The translations under genes and the position numbers were made by a program. Positions 18,675 to 27,216 of a stretch of 64,000 nt of DNA are shown here, piece after piece. The notes beneath the pieces are model-generated. The model ran no database searches and had not been told where the DNA came from. It saw only the letters and a list, made by a program, of their open reading frames with translations. Numbering within the stretch: position 1 is the stretch's first letter; the number at the start of each line of letters is the position of its first letter. The stretch spans positions 168,820 to 232,819 of the forward strand of contig JAQTYI010000001.1 in the NCBI GenBank assembly GCA_028688325.1. The letters run 5' to 3'. Origin of the DNA: Candidatus Portnoybacteria bacterium (lineage in GTDB: Bacteria; Patescibacteriota; Minisyncoccia; Portnoybacterales; GWB1-42-6).

Positions 18675-20405
18675 ATGCACATTAAGCTCCACCGAAAATT
18701 CTATAAGGTCTTCGGGCTGGCCGCGCTGGCCGCGCTTTTTATCGTTTGTCTATCGCTATCTGCGCTGGCTGCGGCAAATTATGAAAAAGCCATCGCCGGT
18801 TTGACAGTAAGCGGATTTAGGGTCGGCGGAACCGATAAGAACAAATTAAAAGAATTACTGGCCGCGCAAATTGTTGAATTCAACGACCAAAAATTTTCTC
18901 TTATTTACGGGGGGGAAACCTGGAATTTATCGCCGGACGACTTTGGCGTCAAAATAGATGCCGGCAAAACCGCCGCGGAGGCCTTAGCCGCCGGCCGGGG
19001 CCCCGCATTGACAGCGATGGCCGAGCAGATAAAAACGCTTTTTGCCGGCCGAGATCTGCCGCTCGCCTACTTCGTCAATTCGCCCAAATTTGACAGCGCC
19101 CTGGACATTTTTGCCAAGATAGAAACGCCGGTAAAAAATTCTTCTTTGAAATATGACGCTCAAAAAAATGATTTTGTCGTCTTGCCGGCCCAAAATGGAG
19201 TCGTTGTTGATAAAGAAAAGCTCCTTGCCGATATTTTAACGGCTTTCGGCAAACCGACGCAGAACATTTATCTGTCGCTAACAGAACAAAAAGCTTCGGT
19301 CAGCGAAAAAGAGATGGCGCAAATCGTTGCGCAAGCCGTAAAGATTGTTGATAACGCGCCGTATTTTTTGCAAAGCGCCGATTCCACCTGGCGCATAGAT
19401 AAATCCAACTTGACCGGTTGGATATCGGCCGCCCCTTCAAGCGATAACTCCGAAAAAGCGCTGCTGACTCTTGATACCGAACAAATAAGCGATTTCCTGA
19501 TACCTCTTTCGGCCTCCGTCAACCGCGAGCCGACAGACGCCAAGCTAACACTGGAAAACGGCGAATTGAAGTTTGCCATACTTTCCCGGGACGGCCAGAA
19601 ACTCAACATCGAAACCAGCGCCAAAAAAATAGCGGACGACATATTGGCTGGGAAAAAAAATATCTACCTGATAACCGATTCTGTTGAACCGAAAATTTCC
19701 AATTTTAATACCAAAGAGCTGGGACTGCTCACGCTGATAGGCAAGGGCGAATCAAATTTTTCCGGGTCCCCCGCCAACCGCCGCATTAACATAAAAGTGG
19801 GCGCCACCAAGCTCAACGGCTTCCTGATAAAACCGGGCGAGGAATTTTCTTTCTCGCAAAATATCGGCGACATCGACGCGCCAAACGGCTGGGTGCCGGA
19901 GTTAGTCATAAAAAACAGACAAACCATCCCGGAGTATGGCGGAGGTCTTTGCCAGATTTCCACCACTCTGTTTCGCGCCGCGATAAATTCCGGCCTGAAA
20001 ATAACCGAACGGCATCCGCATGCTTATCCTGTACACTATTACGATCCTCCGGGTTTTGACGCCACGGTCTATCCGCCAAACCCGGATCTGAAATTATTGA
20101 ACGACACGCCCGGTCATCTTCTTTTGCAGACCAAGATAGAGGGCAACAAATTAACTTTTGAAATATACGGCACGAACGACGGCCGGCAAGTCAAGGTCAA
20201 GGGGCCCTTCGCCACGCAGAAAAATCCCGACGGCTCCCTCAAGGCCACCCTGACCCAGGAGATCTGGCGCGACGGGCAACTGGAACGAAAACAAATATTC
20301 AATTCCAGCTACAACTCGCCCGCGCTTTACCCCAACCCCAACGCAACGCCGGCGCCAAGTCCGGCCCCGTCTTCTTCCCCTTCTATTCCGCCGGCCGCCA
20401 ATTGA
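18675..20405 (+). CDS. VanW family protein with peptidoglycan-binding domains
   Basis: PGEEFSF, GGGLCQISTTLFRAA, ERHPH, DATV, DLKLLN; N-terminal anchor. Confidence 0.92.
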   Translation: MHIKLHRKFYKVFGLAALAALFIVCLSLSALAAANYEKAIAGLTVSGFRVGGTDKNKLKELLAAQIVEFNDQKFSLIYGGETWNLSPDDFGVKIDAGKTAAEALAAGRGPALTAMAEQIKTLFAGRDLPLAYFVNSPKFDSALDIFAKIETPVKNSSLKYDAQKNDFVVLPAQNGVVVDKEKLLADILTAFGKPTQNIYLSLTEQKASVSEKEMAQIVAQAVKIVDNAPYFLQSADSTWRIDKSNLTGWISAAPSSDNSEKALLTLDTEQISDFLIPLSASVNREPTDAKLTLENGELKFAILSRDGQKLNIETSAKKIADDILAGKKNIYLITDSVEPKISNFNTKELGLLTLIGKGESNFSGSPANRRINIKVGATKLNGFLIKPGEEFSFSQNIGDIDAPNGWVPELVIKNRQTIPEYGGGLCQISTTLFRAAINSGLKITERHPHAYPVHYYDPPGFDATVYPPNPDLKLLNDTPGHLLLQTKIEGNKLTFEIYGTNDGRQVKVKGPFATQKNPDGSLKATLTQEIWRDGQLERKQIFNSSYNSPALYPNPNATPAPSPAPSSSPSIPPAAN

Positions 20406-20467
20406 TTTTTTTAAGCATACCGGGCGCTAAAAAACACCGTAATTTGCGGTGTTTTTTAGCGCTGTTG

Positions 20468-20703
20468 TGCCGAGGGGGAGATTTGCCCCGTAGAAATTTG
20501 CCACGCAAATTAACGGGGTAAAAACTCCTCGTACAAAAAATAAACTTGGTGGGGACGGAGAGAGTCGAACTCTCATGGATTGCTCCACATGGTCCTAAGC
20601 CATGCGCGTCTGCCAGTTCCGCCACATCCCCGCACTTTGTGCGATTGCCAACTTGTCCCGTGATTGCGCAAAGCGCAATTTTACGGGATTTCGCCACCTC
20701 GGC
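20468..20703 (-). pseudogene. Interrupted outer tRNA (Leu-like) enclosing tRNA-Leu(TAG)
   Basis: Perfect acceptor GCCGAGG/CCTCGGC-A; hairpin inserts in the D-loop (20652-20688) and T-loop (20486-20522). Confidence 0.78.
20547..20631 (-). tRNA. tRNA-Leu(TAG)
   Basis: CATGG-CT TAG GA-CCATG, variable arm, encoded CCA. Confidence 0.95.
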
Positions 20704-21207
20704 CTCTTCTAAATTTAACCTTTTATGACCTCGAAAAGCAAGATGCTAAAGCCCCTGCCCCGTTAGAAGTTTTTAACTGGACGCTATTTTAGAACATGTA
20801 AAGCCGCCCACTTCGCTCTCGCTTCAACGAGGCGAGCAGGCGAAATCGCGCAGTTTTTTGGATAAAAACAGCATACAGAGGAACTTCTCTACGGGGTTGA
20901 CAGCATATTGTCAAAGGTGTATAATATATAATCCTGACAATGGCTCTATCTAAGCCCCCACACCCGATCCAGCAATATTTCCTGATTTTCAGAAAGGCAA
21001 GGCGAAGCCGTTTTACTTGGCTTGCGCGCCCTTGGAGGTGCATTATTTGATCGGGTGTGGGGGTAAACCAAAATCGGATCTTGGACAGAACTTTAAAAAT
21101 CGAAAAGGGACATAATCCCCTTTCTCAACATATATACCAATTGAGTATGCACTTTTTAGTGCTCAAGAATATACAACTAAAATGATTATATTGAAAAAGG
21201 AGGAGTT

Positions 21208-22296
21208 ATGAAAAAAATTAGGGTCTTTTTATCAAGGATTGATTACTGTCTTAGAAGTATCCCGGGGTGGCTCGGGATGGCCAAGCAATCTTTTCAAGGA
21301 ATATTCCCGAGGGAAAAAAAGCATTATGCCATCGAATTGATCTTTATCTCAATTCTTATTTTTTGCTCTTGGCGATTCGTTGAATTAAGATGGGGGTTTG
21401 CAGCATTAGGTGCTGCCTGGGCGGTTTTCTGCATAAAGATTATCGGGCCGACGGAAAAAGCCATCGGCATTTTCCTGGGCGAACCGTCGCGAGAACTCAC
21501 CTCCGGAATAAGATTTATCTTTTGGCCGCTGGAAAAATTAGCGATCTATCCGACCAAACAACAAGAAGTGGAACTGAATCTTATCGAGGTCATCACCAAA
21601 AAAGTAGGAAGAGCACATAGCTCGGCGGCAATAACGATAAAGCCGACTTTCTATTTCTTTTGGCCGGACAAATTTGAGAAGTTAAAACAAGCGCTGGAAA
21701 AAGGCGCCAATCCCGATAAAGATTCCGTCAAAGACCTCTTCCAAGAAGCAATCTTTAATGCCTTGCGTTCCGTGATTATCCAATATGATTGGGAAACCTG
21801 TTATTCGGAAAGAGATAAAATCACGCAAGAGGTGTTAGGGATTCTTTGCTGTTCGGGCCCCATTCAGGCGGCCGGCATAGAGAAAGAGCAAATGTTTCTG
21901 GCTATAGAAGTTTTTTTACCAAAAGACCTGGTTGCAAACATCAACGCCCCGGAAATTGCTGCGCTTAAAGCCGCCGCCAAAAAAGAAGAAGCTGAAGGAG
22001 AAAAAGCGTTCGCCATCGCCCAAAAACAAGCGGAGGCGGAAGGGCGTAAACTGGTTTTTGCCAGCATCGGAGACGAAATGGCCAAAGAAGCGTTATTTAC
22101 GCTTCGCGAAATGGCCAAGGGCACCAGCAATACGATCCTGTTCGGACTGCCGCCGGAACTCTATGAAACGGTCAAGGCGGCTACGCGCGGTGCGGACATA
22201 GATGTTGATCATCTGCTTAAAGTACTCACGAAAGAGCAAAAAAAGAAAATCGTTGAGGCGATAGCCAATCTCGGAAAGAAAGGAGATACGACATGA
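21208..22296 (+). CDS. SPFH/band-7 domain membrane protein
   Basis: TM helices then EKAIGIFLGEP...SGIRFIFWP, FNALRSVI, coiled AEGEK..AEAEG tail; SD AAGGAGG. Confidence 0.8.
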   Translation: MKKIRVFLSRIDYCLRSIPGWLGMAKQSFQGIFPREKKHYAIELIFISILIFCSWRFVELRWGFAALGAAWAVFCIKIIGPTEKAIGIFLGEPSRELTSGIRFIFWPLEKLAIYPTKQQEVELNLIEVITKKVGRAHSSAAITIKPTFYFFWPDKFEKLKQALEKGANPDKDSVKDLFQEAIFNALRSVIIQYDWETCYSERDKITQEVLGILCCSGPIQAAGIEKEQMFLAIEVFLPKDLVANINAPEIAALKAAAKKEEAEGEKAFAIAQKQAEAEGRKLVFASIGDEMAKEALFTLREMAKGTSNTILFGLPPELYETVKAATRGADIDVDHLLKVLTKEQKKKIVEAIANLGKKGDTT

Positions 22297-23048
22297 ACGA
22301 GCTGTTAAATTATGCATTGATAACACTGGCTATGATAGTGATAGCCGCCAAAGTCATCCAGGCGGTAAAGGTCAAGATTCCCAGCGTTAACTGGAAATGG
22401 AGCATACCGGTTCAGGCCGCCGCCGCCATCTCCTTGATGACAATCATCTGCTTATTCACTTTTCAAAAAGAATTGGTAGAACTTTGGCATAGCAGTAAAT
22501 CGACAATAGTCGTGATAATTGCCGCGGCCATAGGATTGCTTATCGGGGGCGACTCGCTAAAAACCATAAATGTGTGCAGAAAAATCGCGCTTATCGTTCT
22601 TATTGTGACGATCGCCTACTTCGGAGCGAAGCCCAAGTGGTTTAGCCCCGCCAACCCGCCTCCCAACCTGTCCTCTGCCGCCGCTCAAGGCCAAATATCG
22701 GCGAGGATAACCGGCTTCAACACGGAGCTGCCGGCCGAAGCCAAGTTGGCCGCGAAAGTGACACCAGGCCAGATCGTCTGGGCCATCAGAGAACGGATGG
22801 AGCTGCCGGCGCCGGAACTCTGGATAAAAAATCTTAACTCCGGCGAAGTCAGACAGCAGAAAGCGTGGCCCGACGGACTGAAAAACCGCGAGCTGCAAAA
22901 CACGATCGGCAACAATGTAGAGATCTACGCCGTTCCGCTGCCGGACGGACAAAATGTTCCGATAATTTCTTACACCCGGCCAACGGTTAACCGGCTGGCA
23001 CAAACAGAAAATGAGCAGCCGCATCTGCTGCTCAATGTAGTGAATTAG
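22293..23048 (+). CDS. Hypothetical membrane protein, coupled to the SPFH gene
   Basis: ATGA overlap; four N-terminal TM helices. Confidence 0.7.
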   Translation: MNELLNYALITLAMIVIAAKVIQAVKVKIPSVNWKWSIPVQAAAAISLMTIICLFTFQKELVELWHSSKSTIVVIIAAAIGLLIGGDSLKTINVCRKIALIVLIVTIAYFGAKPKWFSPANPPPNLSSAAAQGQISARITGFNTELPAEAKLAAKVTPGQIVWAIRERMELPAPELWIKNLNSGEVRQQKAWPDGLKNRELQNTIGNNVEIYAVPLPDGQNVPIISYTRPTVNRLAQTENEQPHLLLNVVN

Positions 23049-23061
23049 TTCCACACAACCA

Positions 23062-23107
23062 AAAGCCCCCTCTTCCAAAAAACGGAAGACGGGGGCTCTT
23101 TTTTTTG
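23062..23107. terminator. Intrinsic terminator
   Basis: GCCCCCTCTTCC/GGAAGACGGGGGC followed by a T-run. Confidence 0.7.
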
Positions 23108-23136
23108 ATTCAAACTTTGCAAAATTCAAATTCTGC

Positions 23137-23493
23137 TTAGTATCCTTGCGGACCTGACGGAATATTGGCATTGCCAACGCCGAAAGTATTAAGCAAGATA
23201 TTGACCAATCCCCACGCGCCAGCCATCACGGCCATGCCGACGATGCCCCAAATCATATGTTCCTTGCCCAATTTAAGCTTTGCGTCCTCGCCGCCGGCCG
23301 AAACATACTGCACGACGCCCCAGACGAAATATAAAGTGACCAGAACAAACAGAAGGCCAATCACTCCATTCAAGATGACTTTCAGTTGATTTATGGTTCC
23401 GGTCAGGTCAGAAGCGGCTAAAACCATCATAGGCATAAGCAATGTCGCAGAAACTATTGCCGCTTTCTCTAACATCTTTTCGATTTTTCTCAT
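23137..23493 (-). CDS. VirB2/TrbC-like pilin
   Basis: Signal peptide then FVWGVVQYVSAGGE.......GK.HMIWGIVG; strong SD. Confidence 0.82.
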   Translation of the reverse strand: MRKIEKMLEKAAIVSATLLMPMMVLAASDLTGTINQLKVILNGVIGLLFVLVTLYFVWGVVQYVSAGGEDAKLKLGKEHMIWGIVGMAVMAGAWGLVNILLNTFGVGNANIPSGPQGY

Positions 23494-23661
23494 TATGCTC
23501 ACCTCCTTTCGTTACCGCGGATTCTCGCTGATTTACACACGGATTCACGCGGATTTTTTATTAATTTTCAATTGTCCGTTTTCTAATTATCAATAATTTA
23601 AGAATTGATTGATAATTTGTGGCTGGTTGGTTCGGTGTTCTGTTCCTCTTGGTTCCGCGGT

Positions 23662-24438
23662 TTATGCGAAATAAAGCTGTATCATCTGCACTATCCCCCA
23701 GGCGCCGAGCATCACGGCCATGCCGATGATTCCCCAAATCATATGCCTTTTGCCTTCTTCCAATTTTGCTGATTCTCCGCTGGCGCTATAGCGCACATAC
23801 TCTGCCACTCCCCAGAAAAAATAGACCGTCACCAGAATAAAAAGCAAACCAATAATCTGATTCAATGTGTCTTTGATTTTTGCCACCAGCGCACTGCCTT
23901 GGCCAGAGCCGCCGCCCAAAATATCCGTGATATAAGTGACTATCGCCTGGCTGGCCATGATAACCGCGATGCCCGCGATGGTCCAAATAAAATTTTTCTT
24001 GGCCGCGGTTAATTTGTTTTCATTTCCTTGCGCCGTGGCAAATTGGAAACCCGCCCAGATAAGCATGAACACCGCAAAAATTGTCGCCAAAGGAATCAGA
24101 AAATTGATGATCTTAATAATGAGTTCACTGACGCTTTTGGCGCCGATAAAATTGGGCAAACTGACGCTATTCGGGCCGGGAGCATAGTTGCCGGCATTTA
24201 AGGGCTCGGCTGAGGGCAAAGCCGCATTTCCCGCTCCGGCGCCATAGCTATTTAAAAAACAATTGCCCTGGCCCGTATCAGGATCCGTTATGCAACTTTC
24301 CCCGCTTGGACAAGAAGAATCACCATATCCCCCGCAACTTTGTCCGCTGCTGGTCGCCGCCAATCCCGCTTCCGCCAAAACAAAAAACCCGCCGATCATT
24401 AAAAAAGCGATAAAAAATGTTTTATATGATTTTTGCAT
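23662..24438 (-). CDS. Pilin-like protein with two VirB2/TrbC-like domains and a Cys-rich N-terminus
   Basis: WAGFQFATAQGNE..L..AK and FFWGVAEYV....GE...EGK.HMIWG units. Confidence 0.8.
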   Translation of the reverse strand: MQKSYKTFFIAFLMIGGFFVLAEAGLAATSSGQSCGGYGDSSCPSGESCITDPDTGQGNCFLNSYGAGAGNAALPSAEPLNAGNYAPGPNSVSLPNFIGAKSVSELIIKIINFLIPLATIFAVFMLIWAGFQFATAQGNENKLTAAKKNFIWTIAGIAVIMASQAIVTYITDILGGGSGQGSALVAKIKDTLNQIIGLLFILVTVYFFWGVAEYVRYSASGESAKLEEGKRHMIWGIIGMAVMLGAWGIVQMIQLYFA

Positions 24439-24522
24439 TTATTTCTCCTCCCTTTTTAAAGGGAGGCAGGGAGGGATTTTAATCCCTCTTAATCCTCCTT
24501 TGCACAGGAGGAAAATTATAAT

Positions 24523-24924
24523 TTATCTGCAATTGACCGTCCACCAGTTGCCCGGAACAAATCCCGCGACGCTGGTGCCGAAAGTCGTAATCAAGGTGTT
24601 TACGATGGCCCAAGAAGCCAAAACTATCAAAACGCCGATAGCGGTGCTCTTGAATGTGTCTTTGCCTTTTTTATAACGCGTTTCGTCCCCTCCCGCCCAT
24701 ATCATCATTATACCACCAATCAAAAAAAGCAGTCCAGCCAGTGGCGCTGTCACATCGCGCACTAAAAACATCACGATATTGCTGATGAGCTGCAAAAAAT
24801 TACAGGGAGTGCAGCTGGCGCCCCGGCAAGCAGGCACCAAGGCGGCATAGACGGGCCAGGCGGCCAATAGCGAATAGCCAATAGCGAATAACCCGACAAA
24901 TTTATTAAAATTAATTTTCATCAT
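24523..24924 (-). CDS. VirB2/TrbC-like pilin
   Basis: LVPAC....CTPC.FLQL...IGGIMMIWAGGDE...KGK. Confidence 0.82.
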   Translation of the reverse strand: MMKINFNKFVGLFAIGYSLLAAWPVYAALVPACRGASCTPCNFLQLISNIVMFLVRDVTAPLAGLLFLIGGIMMIWAGGDETRYKKGKDTFKSTAIGVLIVLASWAIVNTLITTFGTSVAGFVPGNWWTVNCR

Positions 24925-24939
24925 AAATTGTGCTTTGAT

Positions 24940-26259
24940 TTATTGCTTTTGCTGTTTATCAAACGCTTCCCGCATAAGAAGTGTTGTTTGGGAATTGGCC
25001 TGCGTCAGAGCATCATCGGCCGCGGCTTTTCCCGCTACCACTGATTCTATCATATCGGCAAAAATCCGCTCAATGGCCAAATTGTCAATTTCCCACCAGG
25101 AAGAAGCGTAAAGCGCTTGCTCCGCAAAAACCCCAAGGCCGACATCTGATTTTTGCTCTTCTATCAAATCGCGCCGCGCGGCCGGCTTTTTGGCCGTTTT
25201 AAGATACGCGCGGCTGCTTTCCTGCGACGACAACCAGGTGACAAATTGCCAGGCGGCGGTAATATTTTTTGAGCCCTTCCCCACGGTTTGCGCCCAGTAA
25301 TTTCCCAATGTGACCTTTTTGCTGTTTTGGGATATCTGCGGCAAGGGCGCCACGCCGAAATTCAAATGCGGCGCGCGCGCCGCGATTACCGGCGCCTGGT
25401 AAGCGTAATTCAACATCATAGCCGCATTTCCTTCCACGAAAGCGTCTATGGAATAATGCTGCAGCGAATTCCAGGTGTAAACTTTAAGAGAAGGAATGGC
25501 AAAGTTGGTATAAAATATTAAGGCCTGCTTGCCGGGATTGAAAGTTTCGCTGCCCGAAAGAAATGACTGGTCAAATGTCGCGCTTCGCTTGTCGTCGGCT
25601 GTCATTTTGGCTCCGCTTTGCAGCATCAGCGCCGCCAAAATATCGGTTGAGCGATTGACATTTCTGGCCGTGCCCAAAGCCGCGCCGACTTGCAAAATAT
25701 TGTTTTTGTCATCGCGTTTGGTGAGTGTTTCCACCGCCGAGTTAAATTCCGGCCAGGTCTTGGGCGGGCTTGATATGCCGGCCGAATTCAACAAGTCCTT
25801 GTTGTAAAAAAGCGCCAGCGAGTCAACAGACAAAGGAAAGGCGTAAATTTTATTATCGTCTACAAAATCCCGGGCGGCCGCGTCAACAAAAAGAGAGCTG
25901 TATTTTTTCACATCGCCCGGGTCTTCCGATGCCGGCGCCAACTTGTCTTTGTGCTTCGGCAGCCAGCTGTTATGAATGGAAAAAATATCCGGTCCCCGGC
26001 CGGTGGCCAAAGCGTCCACCAGATCGTTTTCGTAAGAAGCGATATTTTTTTTGTAATAGTTTATCGTGACATTGGGATACAATTTTTGGTATTGCTGGAT
26101 CAGCGGCTGATAGATCTGCGAATCGTCAAACACGCTCCAGAATTCCAAAGTGACGAGAGGCGGCGCCGCTTCTTTAAAAGGATTGGCTAAAATAACCGCG
26201 CCGGTAACGACAACGATAATTCCAATAACGGCAAAGATTATTATTTTGGTTTTATCCAT
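24940..26259 (-). CDS. Extracellular solute-binding protein (sugar ABC family 1)
   Basis: GRGPDIF, YAFPLSVDSLALFYNKDL, PPKTW. Confidence 0.92.
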   Translation of the reverse strand: MDKTKIIIFAVIGIIVVVTGAVILANPFKEAAPPLVTLEFWSVFDDSQIYQPLIQQYQKLYPNVTINYYKKNIASYENDLVDALATGRGPDIFSIHNSWLPKHKDKLAPASEDPGDVKKYSSLFVDAAARDFVDDNKIYAFPLSVDSLALFYNKDLLNSAGISSPPKTWPEFNSAVETLTKRDDKNNILQVGAALGTARNVNRSTDILAALMLQSGAKMTADDKRSATFDQSFLSGSETFNPGKQALIFYTNFAIPSLKVYTWNSLQHYSIDAFVEGNAAMMLNYAYQAPVIAARAPHLNFGVAPLPQISQNSKKVTLGNYWAQTVGKGSKNITAAWQFVTWLSSQESSRAYLKTAKKPAARRDLIEEQKSDVGLGVFAEQALYASSWWEIDNLAIERIFADMIESVVAGKAAADDALTQANSQTTLLMREAFDKQQKQ

Positions 26260-26379
26260 AAGAAATAAATCAAAAAATTTAAAAATCAAAGATAAAAAAT
26301 CGGATATCCCGCTGCGTGAAACTTGTTACTATGCCGCTCAGCGACGCCAAAATTTTGCTTTTTGATATTTTATTTTTAT

Positions 26380-26940
26380 TTACTGCGCCTTAAAGAATGT
26401 CAGCCCGAAATGATACCGGCCGGCATCAAAAACCCTGTTAAAAACAAATCCCGCTTCCTGCCCCAGGGCGCGGGCCTCGTCAAAAGACAAACGCCCGCCG
26501 TCACGCGGTCCGATAGCGGCCACTTCTTTTTTCCAGTCAATCAAAACAAAAGTTCCGCCCCGTTTCAGGGTTCTTCTGGCTTCTTTGATTATTTCCAATT
26601 TTTTTTGCGTCTGGAATAGAACATTGTGGAGTAAAACCAAATCCACGGAATTGTCGGGAAGGCGGGAGCCGTTGGCCGCCTCCAAATTTCCCCGCACGGT
26701 TTCTATGTTGGGTGCGTTCTCAAGCTGGGCGCGCGAACGCACAGCTTCCAGCGCCTCAAGCAGAATGTCTACCGCGTAGACCTTGCCTTCCTTGCCGACA
26801 AGTTTCGCCACGGGAATTGTAAAATAGCCGTGGCCGCAGCCAAAATCGGCCACTTTCGCGCCCTCTTTGAGGCCTATCTGTTCAATTACCTTTTGGGGAT
26901 TGATGAAACCCCCTGTTCCCGACGGCAATTTTTCCTCCAT
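26380..26940 (-). CDS. Class I SAM-dependent methyltransferase
   Basis: VADFGCGHG motif. Confidence 0.9.
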   Translation of the reverse strand: MEEKLPSGTGGFINPQKVIEQIGLKEGAKVADFGCGHGYFTIPVAKLVGKEGKVYAVDILLEALEAVRSRAQLENAPNIETVRGNLEAANGSRLPDNSVDLVLLHNVLFQTQKKLEIIKEARRTLKRGGTFVLIDWKKEVAAIGPRDGGRLSFDEARALGQEAGFVFNRVFDAGRYHFGLTFFKAQ

Positions 26941-27184
26941 AAGAATTTTATTAATCTCAAGTGAGGATTCACTTTTCTGAAACGCTCAGTTTTGCGAGCG
27001 GGCATGGTTCCGCCATAGGCGGAGAGCGAGCAAAACTGGCGAGTGAAATTTTCCACGCCGGGGAAAATTTCACGATTTCAGGAAGTTAATCCGAGCGAAT
27101 ATTTTATCGTCGCGCGGCGGTTTTTCTGGTTCTCTGGCGTCTACCCCGTAATTTATACGGGGCCCGGGCAAAAGAGAACGAAAC
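26938..27184 (+). mobile_element. Composite MITE-like repeat, copy B (divergent interior)
   Basis: Ends TTTTATCGTCGCGCGGCGGTTTTTCTGGTTCTC..GGGCAAAAGAGAACGAAAC, similar to 40650-40709. Confidence 0.65.
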
Positions 27185-27216
27185 AATTTCACGATTTTAA
27201 AAAGTAAATCCGAGTG

